Positions 46,501-56,237 of a stretch of 64,000 nucleotides of DNA are shown piece after piece (the first letter of the stretch is position 1; each line of letters begins with the position of its first letter). Source of the stretch: Myxococcota bacterium. Lineage in GTDB: Bacteria > Myxococcota_A > SURF-8 > G963677705. The notes beneath the pieces are model-generated. The model worked only from the letters and a program-made list of their open reading frames with translations. It was not told the DNA's origin and made no database searches. The DNA lies in NCBI GenBank assembly GCA_963677705.1, contig OY782497.1, positions 4,458,417 to 4,522,416 on the forward strand, read 5' to 3'. The translations under genes and the position numbers were made by a program.

Positions 46501-48672
46501 GGTACGGCACACGCTGCTGCCACCATCGAAGAGAATTTCATAAACCAGCAGGTCGTTCTCAGACAGACTGATGGCTTCGTCCGTGGTCCAGAGTGTGAAC
46601 TGTCCGCTGCCGCCGTGTCGAGAGGGAATGGTTTCCACAAAGGGGATGGCGGGTTGGCTCGGCCAGATGGTGGGGTCCAGGTCGTTGCAGTCCCCTTGGT
46701 CCAGGCTGATGCCGTCCAGGTCGGCGTCATAGATGCAGGCGAGATCGGTTTGCCCGTCGCAGTCGTTGTCCAGGTTGTCGCAGGCGGTTTCCTCAAGCTG
46801 GTAGGCGGGAGCCTGGGTTTTGTAATCCCAGTATTTGCAATCCTGCCAGCCGTTTTCCCCTTCGCAACGCCGTTGGGTTGTCGTGCAGACGCCGTCTTCC
46901 AGCGCACAGGCCATGAATTCCAGATGCTCCGGGTCATCCACCAGGGAATCGCAGTTGTTGTCCAGCCCGTCACAGAATTCGACCTGGGAAGGAAAGACCT
47001 GGTCGTTATCGTCCTGGCAATCTCCGCCACCCATCACGCAGGTTTGCGGGGTTCCTACCGTGGTCATGGCTGCGTCACAATAGGCATCCTCATCGTTGTT
47101 GCAACCCTCGTCGGTCTGGCCGTTGCAGTTGTTGTCCAGATCGTCACAAAGGCTTTCCGTACCGGTTTCAAAGGATGCGTTGTGGCTCAGGTAGGTGTCA
47201 TTCGTACAGGTTTGCCACAAGCCCAAGAGGCAGCGTTTACGGCTTTGGGTACAAACGCCTTGCTGGTTGGGACAGAGGACAAGCTCCAGGTCTTCCAATT
47301 CATCCACGGCTTCATCGCAGTCGTTGTCGTAATTGTCGCAGCGTTCCGGGGCCGTGGGGTGAATGGCCTCGTTCTGGTCATCGCAGTCCTGTCCCCCGTG
47401 AGGACAGACTTCCGGTGTTCCGATGACGGTCATCGTTTGATCGCAGTAGCCATCTTCATCGTTGTCACAGCCTTCGTCTACCAAGCCGTCGCAGTCGTTA
47501 TCCAGGCCATCGCAGAGAGTTTCAATCAGGTGTTCGTAGTCTTCGCTGTAGGTCCGGTAATCGTTTTCTGTGCAGGCTTGCCAACCGCTGGCTCCTTCAC
47601 AACGTTGACCGCTTCCCTCACAGACTCCGTCTTGAAAGAAGCAGTCGTGGTGGTCCCGGGAATCCGGATTGTCGATGATGTCATCACAGTCGTTGTCAAT
47701 CCCATCACAGAGTTCCGTGCGTCCCGGATGAATGCGGTCCCGGTCGTCGTTGCAATCTCCCCCTCCGTAGGGGCAAACCTCCACGTCTTCGGCCACGGTC
47801 ATCGTTTGATCGCAATAGCCGTCATGGTCGTTGTCGCAGCCCTCATCCACCAAGCCGTCGCAGTCGTTGTCCAGGTTGTCGCAGCGGGTTTCTACGGTTT
47901 CGTAGGCTTCATGGTGATCTTGGTAGGTTTGGGCCGTACAGGTCAACCACCCGGCCACGCCGCCGCATTGTCGTTTGGCGCCCTCACAGACGCCGCGTTG
48001 TTCCTGACAGAAGCGGTAGACCAGATCCTCGGCTTCGTCGATGTCTTCATCGCAGTCGTTATCCACGCCGTCGCAGGCTTCCGCCTCCGGGGTTTGTCCG
48101 CTGCAATCGGTAAAGGTCTGATCGCTGTTGCATAGCTGCATTCCCGTACAGCTTCCGTATTGGTTCTCTAAGGTGCATTCCCGATAGTCACCCACCTTGT
48201 AACCCTCTCCGCAACTTTGTATCCCACGGCAGCTTCCGTTGTCACAGGTGTCTTCGATGGTGCCGTCGTCGCCGTCGTCACAGGAGCGGTTGTCGTCATA
48301 GATTTGCTGACGGCAGCTTCCGTCATCGGAGTCGCACACACCCAAGGCGCATTGGGTATCGTAACGGCTGCAATCCTTCGCGTTGTGCAGGCAACCGTCC
48401 GGTCCAAGGGTGTCAAGGGTGCAAGGGTCTTGATCGTCGCAATCGATTGTTTCACCGTCCCCGTCTGAGGATGGGTTGTCGTTGTCATCATCGTCGTCCT
48501 GATCGCCATCGGCGATGGGGGTATCTCCATCTTCCTTCGGCGTTTCTTGCTTTCCGGAGTCTTCGCAGGCCGCCAGTCCCACCAAAAGAAGCAGCAGCAG
48601 ACCAAAGCGCAGTGCGTAACCGCTTATGGAAAGATAATCCGTGGAAGTTATGCTCGAATACTGTGATCGCAT
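43591..48672 (-). CDS. Giant Cys/Asp-rich lipoprotein with putative metal-binding (DCxD...PxxxExCDGxDNDCDG) repeats and three PPC-like domains
   Basis: Lipobox LAAC; many DNDCDG motifs; three STEGSxxDTVLxxR-type domains; GAGGGG RBS before ATG 48672. Confidence 0.82.
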   Translation of the reverse strand: MRSQYSSITSTDYLSISGYALRFGLLLLLLVGLAACEDSGKQETPKEDGDTPIADGDQDDDDDNDNPSSDGDGETIDCDDQDPCTLDTLGPDGCLHNAKDCSRYDTQCALGVCDSDDGSCRQQIYDDNRSCDDGDDGTIEDTCDNGSCRGIQSCGEGYKVGDYRECTLENQYGSCTGMQLCNSDQTFTDCSGQTPEAEACDGVDNDCDEDIDEAEDLVYRFCQEQRGVCEGAKRQCGGVAGWLTCTAQTYQDHHEAYETVETRCDNLDNDCDGLVDEGCDNDHDGYCDQTMTVAEDVEVCPYGGGDCNDDRDRIHPGRTELCDGIDNDCDDIIDNPDSRDHHDCFFQDGVCEGSGQRCEGASGWQACTENDYRTYSEDYEHLIETLCDGLDNDCDGLVDEGCDNDEDGYCDQTMTVIGTPEVCPHGGQDCDDQNEAIHPTAPERCDNYDNDCDEAVDELEDLELVLCPNQQGVCTQSRKRCLLGLWQTCTNDTYLSHNASFETGTESLCDDLDNNCNGQTDEGCNNDEDAYCDAAMTTVGTPQTCVMGGGDCQDDNDQVFPSQVEFCDGLDNNCDSLVDDPEHLEFMACALEDGVCTTTQRRCEGENGWQDCKYWDYKTQAPAYQLEETACDNLDNDCDGQTDLACIYDADLDGISLDQGDCNDLDPTIWPSQPAIPFVETIPSRHGGSGQFTLWTTDEAISLSENDLLVYEILFDGGSSVCRTGLTLVDDDSGWSLIENHPELIDSHGLTIAAQTDLCAQAKGSWTTRDIFLPAAVAGQTIDSLTIVIPESTHPTRVSLRNLVLFNAMGNVKVLFHSEEEAFSWPDNTEPVATNLLSYQTSLRAPQSTEFPDGIDNNCDGEVDEGTQGRCDAPIELEAFSTIERDLFGQGPLLEASCAPESGGDASLFHLISPISGRLYLSTEGSAIDTVLSVRQNCSASETEILCNDDQPSGSHSVGYVDVQEQDELFIQVSSAVPGGGGLIRLQSVDATDYDEDGSVYPFDCDEEDPNRHPGAEEQCDGVDNDCNGTEDDGCDDDLDEDNVTPRQGDCNDDDPLTYPDAEELCDGKDNDCDEIIDNGCDVDEDHTTVPDDCDDQDPLTYPGAEEICDGKDNDCDEIIDNGCDVDEDQATVPDDCDDQDPLTYPGAEELCDGKDNDCDEIIDNGCDVDEDHTTVPDDCDDQDPLTYPGAEELCDGKDNDCDEIIDNGCDVDEDQATVPDDCDDQDPLTYPGAEEICWDGKDNDCDPDTPMNQGCEGADCFHPIELSLPVAVSLPFVGLPDSTRSQGCALEAPDGPELRLAFTAQANKELIISTEGSSLDTVLSLRSQCQDATSELACNDDANGQPSSGLQWSVVRGERYSLIVDSKAPVENGLLSLTIHAVVDQDNDGMSPPLDCNDEDPTIYDGAPELCDTKDHNCNEVVDDGCDTDQDNDGYTPRQGDCDDLNPNRNPGEEESAHCNGIDNDCDGIIDDGCDEDHDEFPIPSDCNDNQASIHPGVPEICGNGIDDNCNGTADDGCDFDDDGVTVPHDCNDRNEAIHPNQDDICGNGIDDNCDGNVDEGCVGTCHRPLWITVPGEHLTGQSDLASSRHLGSCYPYPGKENVYAFVAPSDSTLYLTTEGSDFDTLLYVREGLCEDPTRELACSDDAPTITPQSGLHLSVQEGTSYFVFVDSADTPQSQGGGQTHLHITVED
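44935..45500 (-). repeat. Intragenic tandem repeat, ~4.5 x 129 bp
   Basis: GCCGTCGCAGA at ~45082, 45211, 45340, 45469; 43-aa unit. Confidence 0.88.
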
Positions 48673-48805
48673 GGCGATCCCCTCGCTATAGGTAGTCAAC
48701 GTGATGTTTGATTCATACCGACATAGAATAGCCTATCTTCCCGTGTATTGCCAGTGAGAACCAGGCTTGGAAACGAAAAATCGCACAAGGTTTCAAGGGA
48801 ATGGA

Positions 48806-50056
48806 CTAAAACCGAAGATCGGAATCACGCCGGACTTTTCCCGTTTTCACCATCTGCACGGCGTAACGACCCTGAAGGAGCAGGACGAATCCGTAGCTGA
48901 CCAGGGTGGTAATGGCCGCACCTGTAGCGGCAAACAGGGGGATCATCACCAGGTTCAAGGCAAGGTTGAGCAGAAATCCACCAAGTAAGGCCCGCAGGAT
49001 GGCTTTGTCCTCTCCCCGTGCGCGCAGGAAGACGCCGAAGGTATAATTGGCCATATTCAGGACTTCCGCCACAACCAACCAACGAAGAACCCCTTCTCCG
49101 TGGGAGAGGTGAAACAAGTGATCCAACAGGCTGTCCGCCCAGAACCAGAAGGGAAGCCCAACCAGCAGACCGAGAAGCGCCATGCCGAGCAGGCTTCGTT
49201 GAAGCAATCGTCTGTCTTGCTGCCTGGGGCTTGCGGCCCAATGGGGGAGCCAGATCATGCTCAACACCTGGGGAATGAAGGCCAGGCCCAGCATGATGCT
49301 GGCACAGGCGGCGTACAGCCCAACGCTTTCCGTGTTCTTGAAAAGTCCCAGCAAAAGCTGATCTTGTCGGGCGTAAGCCGTGGCCAAGAGGGAGGCACCG
49401 GCGAGAAGCAGACCTCCTTGGAAGCGCTGCCATAAAGATGAAAACGGTGGCAGGTCCGCGAGGGAGCCGAGATCAAGCCTTGGTGCGGCCAGTTTCCACC
49501 CGGCCAACAAACCGGTGATGGACGCCAGAAGAAAGGCCAGCCCAAGGCCGGAAAGACCGAAGACAAGGATTCCCAAAGGGGCGAACACCAGCAAGGCCAG
49601 ACGAGGGCCAAGATACGCCAGACTTTCCAGTCCCGCGTGACCCTGGGCACGCAGGGCCGCCTTGGGACCGGAGAGCAACCACTCCATTCCCAGCCAACTC
49701 AGAAGACCGCCGGTGAGGATCGTGAGGCTGGACCCTTGCGGCAGAAGAAAGAAAAGCCAGAGCAAGGCGAGAAGCAGAATCACTCCGGCGTGCATGAACA
49801 TGGCTTCACGGACAATGCGCCGGGTGTGTTGGGGGGCGTGGGCCACCTCCCGTGCAACCACCGTGCTTTGTTCGGCACCGAAGGCGAAATAGAGCAGAAC
49901 ATTGACGCTGAACAACAGTGCGAACAGGCCGTAGTCGGCAAGAGGCAGGAAACGGGCGGCGAGAAAATGAACGCCGAGCAGGCAGAGTTTCCCAAGAAAA
50001 AGCCCCACACCCAAGCGCAGGAACTGAGGAAAGATCCGTGAGCCGGTTTGAGTCAT
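48806..50056 (-). CDS. Oligosaccharide flippase (Wzx/MOP superfamily)
   Basis: ARFL...YGLF, D.LLLG....SVGLYAA, LN..LN..MIP...TGAAITT. Confidence 0.8.
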   Translation of the reverse strand: MTQTGSRIFPQFLRLGVGLFLGKLCLLGVHFLAARFLPLADYGLFALLFSVNVLLYFAFGAEQSTVVAREVAHAPQHTRRIVREAMFMHAGVILLLALLWLFFLLPQGSSLTILTGGLLSWLGMEWLLSGPKAALRAQGHAGLESLAYLGPRLALLVFAPLGILVFGLSGLGLAFLLASITGLLAGWKLAAPRLDLGSLADLPPFSSLWQRFQGGLLLAGASLLATAYARQDQLLLGLFKNTESVGLYAACASIMLGLAFIPQVLSMIWLPHWAASPRQQDRRLLQRSLLGMALLGLLVGLPFWFWADSLLDHLFHLSHGEGVLRWLVVAEVLNMANYTFGVFLRARGEDKAILRALLGGFLLNLALNLVMIPLFAATGAAITTLVSYGFVLLLQGRYAVQMVKTGKVRRDSDLRF

Positions 50057-51834
50057 CGCCGCTCGCCCAACTTGAATTTAGGACGAACCCAGAGGTTGCG
50101 CAGGTAGAGATTGCGATCTTGGCCTTCGGGGGCGACATCGTTGTCATAACGCACGCGCAGTTCGTTGATGCCCCAGGTGGCCTCAAAGACGAAATCTACA
50201 AATCCCCAGGTTTCGTTGGTGATTTCCCTGGTGTCGATTTCCTTTCCGTTATGAAGCAGGTGAAGGATCGGGCCTTGATCGTCGGCAACATCGGCTTTGA
50301 CTTCCATGCGTACCTGGGTGTAGCCGCCGACAAGAGGAAGTTCCATCCAGCGTGAGCCGGGAACGAAAAGGGTTGGTTTCTCTGCGCCCAGCCATTGGGT
50401 GGGATCGTATCGCCGGGGTAAGGCTTCTTGAACCACTTTGACCGTGGTTTCATCCTCGTTCCAGGCACTGACGGCGGCCAGGGTTCCACCGATCCAGAGG
50501 TCGTTCGTATCCCCTCGCTGGTAGCCCTTGGCAACATAGCGCAGGGCCGCGTCTTTGTCTCCCTCTTTCATCAGGGCCAGGCCCATCACGGTCAGGGCCG
50601 GTGGAAAGTCCGGGTCCAGCTTGAGGAAATTCTGGGCAATGGCCCGTGCCTTGTCCATAGAATCGCTGACGGCCAGCATTCGGGCTTGCTCCAGGGCGGC
50701 TTGTTGCGCCCGGATTTCTCCATAAGAAAACCCTTCCCGTGGCTTTTCCAGACGATCCAAGGCCAGGGCTTCAAGGGAATCGGGAACACGGGCGGCTTTT
50801 TCCAGCACCGTGGCCGCTTCGGCTTGTCGTCCTTTCCGCTGCAAGGCACGAGAGATCAACAAGGCGGCATCGGCATCACAGGGCCGCAAAGCGGCAAGGC
50901 TTTCCGCCCCATGTTCGTCCACCATCGCCCAGGCTTTGGAGCGTTCCCCGCTCCAGTACAGGTCGGACCAAAGCAGCACGCGAAAGGCTAGATCCGTTCC
51001 GCTGAGTTCGGCTGCCTGCCAGGATGCTCCACGGCCTGCACCCGGCCCATGATGCCATCGCTCCCATCGGGCGAGTCGTAGCAGGGTTTCACGGCTTGCA
51101 CCGAGCCATCCCGCTCGTTGAAAGCTTCTCAAATCGTTTTCCAACTCCGTGGCGGATTCCATCCCGGAGAGATCCTCGCAGGCTGTGCTTTCATCCGGGA
51201 TCTCTTGCCAGGCGAAGAAGGCTTGAACGGAGAGGATTACGGGAAGAAGCAGAGGAAGCCGCCAAAGCCCATGAATCCGTTTCAACGGCATGGGGATGGA
51301 ACGACTGAGGTGAAACAGGAGGAATAGCCACAAGGCGGGAAGGAAAAGGGTTCCCGTTGCGTCGGGGCGGGGAATGGGAATTTCTGTCCACAGCGGCGGG
51401 ATTCCGTCCGGTGGAAGGCTCAGGTAGGGGCGAGCGCCTGGGAAGAGAACCCAACTGATGGCCAGGGCCAGCGGAAGCATCAACCATAGGGCGAGCCGCA
51501 AAGACGCTGGGTAGGGTCCGGCTTTGAGCCCGTGTTCTCGGATGGACAAAACAAAGCCTGGAATCAAGACCAAGCCCTGAAGGGTGGGGATGATCCAACC
51601 GGCGCTTGACCAAGGGGTCCACAGACCACGAAGACCGCTCACGGTGGCAAGACTCAAGGCTCCTAAAAGAGCCAGCCGAGCCGGATTCGGGCGCAACAGG
51701 GCCGCAGCAACCACGAGCAGAGCCATCAAAGGAAGAGCCGCCGTGGGCATGAAAACTGCGCCCAGGCCTGCCGCCACGAAGGGAAGAACCTGGTTCAAGC
51801 GTGTGTGTGTTGTTAGGGCTTGGGGGCCATCCAT
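50053..51834 (-). CDS. Membrane protein with TPR-like region and C-terminal CBM60-like carbohydrate-binding domain
   Basis: N-terminal TMs, helical repeats, VRYDNDVAPEGQDRNLYL. Confidence 0.55.
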   Translation of the reverse strand: MDGPQALTTHTRLNQVLPFVAAGLGAVFMPTAALPLMALLVVAAALLRPNPARLALLGALSLATVSGLRGLWTPWSSAGWIIPTLQGLVLIPGFVLSIREHGLKAGPYPASLRLALWLMLPLALAISWVLFPGARPYLSLPPDGIPPLWTEIPIPRPDATGTLFLPALWLFLLFHLSRSIPMPLKRIHGLWRLPLLLPVILSVQAFFAWQEIPDESTACEDLSGMESATELENDLRSFQRAGWLGASRETLLRLARWERWHHGPGAGRGASWQAAELSGTDLAFRVLLWSDLYWSGERSKAWAMVDEHGAESLAALRPCDADAALLISRALQRKGRQAEAATVLEKAARVPDSLEALALDRLEKPREGFSYGEIRAQQAALEQARMLAVSDSMDKARAIAQNFLKLDPDFPPALTVMGLALMKEGDKDAALRYVAKGYQRGDTNDLWIGGTLAAVSAWNEDETTVKVVQEALPRRYDPTQWLGAEKPTLFVPGSRWMELPLVGGYTQVRMEVKADVADDQGPILHLLHNGKEIDTREITNETWGFVDFVFEATWGINELRVRYDNDVAPEGQDRNLYLRNLWVRPKFKLGERR

Positions 51835-52400
51835 GAAAGGGCTCCTAGAAAAAACGATAAGGCCAGAAAGACGGCTCCCTCATTCCATGAAGGGGTGTCG
51901 GGAAGACGCTTCGGCTTGGATGGGCCCGGGGAAAGATGAAGCATACGGGCTCGCAGGCAGGCGCGTTCTTCGGGGGGCGCTTCCCTCAAGGCGTTTTGTC
52001 GTAGCTTCTCACCATGTTCTACAAGGAGGTTCTGCCAGGCCCTCAGTACCGGGAGCGTTTGTTCTGCCGGGCCTTGAAGATCCAGAAACAGACCGTGATT
52101 GTCATAGGCCGGACGCAGATGAAACGCCGAAAGTGGTCGTTGATGCCCCCCTTGTTGCATGGCTTTCTGTAAGAGGCTTTCGTGCTGCATGGAGGGAATG
52201 AGAAAGCGCAGATGCTCCAAGGGATGGGCTTTGGCTTTGTGAAGGCAGGATGTTGTGGGTTCCTGGCTGGTGTACGCCATCGTCACACGGTGGATGGGTT
52301 CCGCCGGGAAATGTTCCAGGACGAAACGACCGGCCAAGAGGCAGGCAATACAGCCTAACCCGATACATACTGCAAGTCTTGTTTGCCTACTTGGATTCAT
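51813..52400 (-). CDS. Hypothetical two-TM protein, Wzz-like topology
   Basis: N- and C-terminal TMs; Pro-rich PGPSKPKRLPDTP before the second TM. Confidence 0.45.
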   Translation of the reverse strand: MNPSRQTRLAVCIGLGCIACLLAGRFVLEHFPAEPIHRVTMAYTSQEPTTSCLHKAKAHPLEHLRFLIPSMQHESLLQKAMQQGGHQRPLSAFHLRPAYDNHGLFLDLQGPAEQTLPVLRAWQNLLVEHGEKLRQNALREAPPEERACLRARMLHLSPGPSKPKRLPDTPSWNEGAVFLALSFFLGALSWMAPKP

Positions 52401-52820
52401 GCGCCCGTTTCATTCCATCTTTCAAGATTGTTGCTTCTCTCAGTATAGAAAGAGCCGTCCACGACGTCAAACACTCTCTGGTTTTGAGTTGGATTGCGGA
52501 GCCCTGAAGGGCGGGGTCGGAAAACCGAAGGGAGGACCATTCTCTGAAAACGTCCCTGTCCCTGATTGGAAGAGAAGACAGGGGGGCTAAGGGAGTCAAG
52601 TTCTTTACAAGGGAAGACGTTTCAAGGAGAGGAAGAAAGGAAGGGGAAAGCAGGGCGTGTCAGCGGGATTGATTCGTTTCAATAGAGAGCCCGGTTTTTC
52701 TTCCCGGCGCGTTTTCCAACAGGGAAACTTCCTCTCGATCCCTTGTTCGCAGATGGAAATATGTAGCAAATTTCATCGCTTACCATCTCTACTGAATGGC
52801 CTAAAAGCCGGGCCGCCGGA

Positions 52821-52849
52821 TTGACTTTCCCTATGGGCTGTGTTAGCTT
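52821..52849 (+). promoter_or_regulatory. Putative sigma70 promoter of the tol-pal operon
   Basis: TTGACT-N17-TAGCTT with TG extended -10. Confidence 0.55.
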
Positions 52850-52897
52850 GAGCTTTGGTTTCGCTCGTAGGTTAGAGCTAATTGAAGAGGTATCAAG

Positions 52898-53623
52898 GTG
52901 GTTGCTACGCAGCACATCGGAACAATTGCGCAGGCTTTGGTGACACGTGGAAACGTGGATTTCTGGGCCTTGGTTTTGGATACGGGCTTTGTGGTTGGCT
53001 TGGTGCTGTTGCTCCTGGTTTCGTTCAGCATCGCCAGTTGGGGGATTGCCGCCTACAAGTGGTTGCATCTACGCAAGGCGCAACAGCAGAGCATCGCGTT
53101 TTTAGACACCTTCTGGAACAGCAAGAAACTGGATGCCATCTACGAAACAAGCGCCCAGTGGGAGCAAAGCCCCGTAGCTCAGGTGTTCCGGGCCGGTTAC
53201 GTGGAGCTTTCCCGCAGCACGGGAAGCAAGCAATCGGAAGGGGAACTGCATACCGGCGGTGATCTGGAAAGCATCAACCGGGCGATGCGTCGGGCGATGA
53301 CCACCCAGATTACCATTCTGGAAAGCATGGTCAGTTTCCTGGCGACGACGGGAAGCACCGCGCCCTTTGTGGGGTTGTTTGGTACCGTCTGGGGTATTAT
53401 GGAAGCCTTTCAGGAAATCGGCTTGGCCGGAAATGCCACCTTGGCCACCGTCGCACCGGGGATCAGCGAAGCCTTGATCGCTACGGCCACGGGTCTTGCC
53501 GCAGCCATTCCCGCCGTGGTGGCCTATAACTTTTTCGTGCAGAAAATCAAGGTGCTGGATGCCGAGATGGAGAACTTTTCCAGCGACTTTTTGAATATCT
53601 GCAAGCGTCACTTCATTAAATAA
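52898..53623 (+). CDS. tolQ: TolQ
   Basis: FLATTGSTAPFVGLFGTVWGIM, VAPGISEALIATA. Confidence 0.93.
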   Translation: MVATQHIGTIAQALVTRGNVDFWALVLDTGFVVGLVLLLLVSFSIASWGIAAYKWLHLRKAQQQSIAFLDTFWNSKKLDAIYETSAQWEQSPVAQVFRAGYVELSRSTGSKQSEGELHTGGDLESINRAMRRAMTTQITILESMVSFLATTGSTAPFVGLFGTVWGIMEAFQEIGLAGNATLATVAPGISEALIATATGLAAAIPAVVAYNFFVQKIKVLDAEMENFSSDFLNICKRHFIK

Positions 53624-53638
53624 GGTGGACCGACGACA

Positions 53639-54118
53639 ATGGGCATGAGCACGAACCAGGGAGGTGGTCGCACCACCTTATCGGAGATCAACGTGACACC
53701 GCTGGTGGATGTCATGCTGGTTCTGCTGATTATTTTTATGGTCGCTGCGCCGATGATCGAGCAGGGCGTAGACCTGGATCTGCCCAACACCGAAACCGTG
53801 GAAATGGAGCCCAGCCAGGATAAGAATATCGTCAAAATCACCAAAGACGAGAAAGTCTACCTGGGTGAAACCTACATTCCCGATGAGGAACTGCTGGATA
53901 AGCTTTCCACCAACCGTAAGCTTCAGCAGGATGAAGTGGTCTATTTCTATGCCGATGAAAATATCCCCTACCGTAAAGTTGCCCAGGTGTTGGCGATTCT
54001 ACGCAAGGCCGGGGTGAAAAACTTGGGCATGGTCACCGATCCCATCGACATGCCCGGTACGACGTCTCCGGAACGTGAAAACCCGGACAACAGCAAGGCC
54101 AAGGAGACGACGAAATGA
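53639..54118 (+). CDS. tolR: TolR
   Basis: SEINVTPLVDVMLVLLIIFMV. Confidence 0.92.
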   Translation: MGMSTNQGGGRTTLSEINVTPLVDVMLVLLIIFMVAAPMIEQGVDLDLPNTETVEMEPSQDKNIVKITKDEKVYLGETYIPDEELLDKLSTNRKLQQDEVVYFYADENIPYRKVAQVLAILRKAGVKNLGMVTDPIDMPGTTSPERENPDNSKAKETTK

Positions 54119-54876
54119 GTCGCTTGGCCTACCAGTCGAACCTCTTGGTTCTTCGTGAAACCAAGGGCTTGGCCTATATGGGTATCGGTGTCAGTCTGGT
54201 GCTTCATGTCCTGGTTTTCGGGTTGGCCTATATCATTGCGGGAAGCACCAGCGCCGCCGAGGTGAACCTTCTGGAAGCGACCCAGGTGACCTTGGTGCGA
54301 AAGGGCATCGAACGGCCCAAGAACTGGTTGCCGGAGCGTGAAACGGCGCCGCCGCCGGTGAAGCCGGATACGCAGAAGATCAACGTCAACGACACGACAC
54401 CGAAGCAACCCAAGGCGGAAGCCCAGCCACCGCGTGACGAACCCAGCGCCCAGGAGCGGGAAGCTCAGCGTAAACGGCGCATGGCCGACGTGCTTAGCCG
54501 CATCCGTCGGGAAGCGGGGCGCCAGAGCGAATACGGTGATCCGGATGGGATTGAGGGGGGCTTGTCCAGCCAGGCCATTGCTATCTTAGGCAATCGCTGG
54601 GCGGGGCAGTTAAGTGCCCTGGTGCGTTCCAAATGGTCTGTTCCCAGTGTGATTCCCGAAGCCGAGCTTGCCCGGCTTCAGGTGAAAGTCTTTATTCGTA
54701 TCGATCGCAACGGCAAGGTGTTAAGTCATTCCTTGCAGCAATCCAGCGGAAACCAGTTGTTTGACAGTTCCGTAGTGCGTGCGATCCGAAGCGTTTCGTC
54801 GGTTCCCCAACCCCCGGATGAATTGATGGGGATGGTTCTGCGAGACGGTTTTGTTTTTGTCTTCAAACGTGACTAA
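54115..54876 (+). CDS. tolA: TolA/TonB-like protein
   Basis: SxxxH TM motif, Pro-rich linker, TonB_C-like SSGNQLFD domain; position in operon. Confidence 0.8.
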   Translation: MSRLAYQSNLLVLRETKGLAYMGIGVSLVLHVLVFGLAYIIAGSTSAAEVNLLEATQVTLVRKGIERPKNWLPERETAPPPVKPDTQKINVNDTTPKQPKAEAQPPRDEPSAQEREAQRKRRMADVLSRIRREAGRQSEYGDPDGIEGGLSSQAIAILGNRWAGQLSALVRSKWSVPSVIPEAELARLQVKVFIRIDRNGKVLSHSLQQSSGNQLFDSSVVRAIRSVSSVPQPPDELMGMVLRDGFVFVFKRD

Positions 54877-56237
54877 TGAAACGGAGGGAGGGGATGCGCA
54901 ACAGCGTCCAGTGGATCATCTTCCTTGTCGGCGTCCTGGCGATACTACCGGCCAGGCTTTTCGCCCAACCCATTGAAATTCCCGTCACCGGGCCGGAAAC
55001 TTTTCGCAAGTATCCCTTGGCGGCCCCGGAGTTGAAGAATTTCGGAGAAAGCAAGGATGAAAAGGGCTTGTCCCAGGTGGGGCAGAAGGTCATCATGACC
55101 GATCTGGCGATCAGCGGCGTGTTTGACATGCTGGACCCCAAATCCTTCCTGGAAGATCCCGTGAAGAGCGGCATCACCGAAAGCACCATTGATTTCACCC
55201 AATGGATTCAAATCGGTGCCGAGGGACTGATTAAAGGCGGTTTCTGGATTCAGGACCAGGATGTGAAATTGGACCTGCGCCTGTTTGATGTCGCTTTGGG
55301 GAAGCAGGTACTCAACGAAACCTACGAAGGGCCGCAAACGCAGTTCCGCCGGTTTCTGCACATGTTCTGCAACAAGGTCTTGGAGCATTTCACCAAGATG
55401 CCGGGCGTGTTCAATACGCGCATTGCCGCCGTGCAGAAGGTGAAGAGCGGTAAGAACATTGTGGTCATGGATTTCGACGGCTACAACGCCTTCACCGTGG
55501 TGAACAACAAAAACCTGAACCTGCTCCCCGCGTGGAATGCTGCTGGAAGCGGGCTGTATTTCACCAGCTACGTCGGAGGCAATCCGGACCTGTTCTATGC
55601 CGATGCCGTCGCCGGAGCCCCGGTGAAGGTGATTTCCAATTTCCGTGGTTTGAATGTCGGTGCGGATCTCAGCCGTGATGGGAAAACCCTGGCCTTGACG
55701 GTATCCAAAGACGGCAATTCGGAAATCTACACCATGACGCCGGACGGCAAAAATGCTCGTCGTATCACCACAAGCTGGGGTATCGACAGTTCGCCGTCTT
55801 TTTCACCCGATGGCAAGAAACTGGCGTATGTCTCCAACCGTAGCGGCAGCCCGCAGATTTACGTGATGGATGTCAATGGCCAGAACGCCACCCGGCTGAC
55901 CTTCCAAGGCAACTACAATACCTCGCCGTCCTGGTCTCCGAAAGGTGACCTCATTGTTTTCACCGGTCGTGATGAGCGTTCCATCTTCGATGCCTTCACC
56001 GTGGATGTCGAAACGAGAGAAATCAAGCGTTTGACCCAGGATCAGGGGAATAACGAAGATCCGGCCTGGTCACCTGATGGACGCCACATCGTGTTTGCCA
56101 GCGATCGGGGAGGCAAAGGCTATCAGCTTTGGATCATGAACGCGGATGGGACCAACCAGCGTCAGATCACCTTCGGGCCGGGCGTGTTCAGCTCGCCGAC
56201 CTGGTCGCCGCGTTTGTCGTGGGGAGGGAAGCAATGA
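54876..56237 (+). CDS. tolB: TolB
   Basis: TolB N-domain and PD40 repeats (SPSFSPDG, SPSWSPKG, DPAWSPDG). Confidence 0.95.
   Translation: MKRREGMRNSVQWIIFLVGVLAILPARLFAQPIEIPVTGPETFRKYPLAAPELKNFGESKDEKGLSQVGQKVIMTDLAISGVFDMLDPKSFLEDPVKSGITESTIDFTQWIQIGAEGLIKGGFWIQDQDVKLDLRLFDVALGKQVLNETYEGPQTQFRRFLHMFCNKVLEHFTKMPGVFNTRIAAVQKVKSGKNIVVMDFDGYNAFTVVNNKNLNLLPAWNAAGSGLYFTSYVGGNPDLFYADAVAGAPVKVISNFRGLNVGADLSRDGKTLALTVSKDGNSEIYTMTPDGKNARRITTSWGIDSSPSFSPDGKKLAYVSNRSGSPQIYVMDVNGQNATRLTFQGNYNTSPSWSPKGDLIVFTGRDERSIFDAFTVDVETREIKRLTQDQGNNEDPAWSPDGRHIVFASDRGGKGYQLWIMNADGTNQRQITFGPGVFSSPTWSPRLSWGGKQ

Noticed and set aside
46390-48135. 581-aa plus-strand ORF
   Set aside because: Antisense shadow of the DNDCDG-repeat lipoprotein (V/I-rich mirror of Asp/Asn codons)
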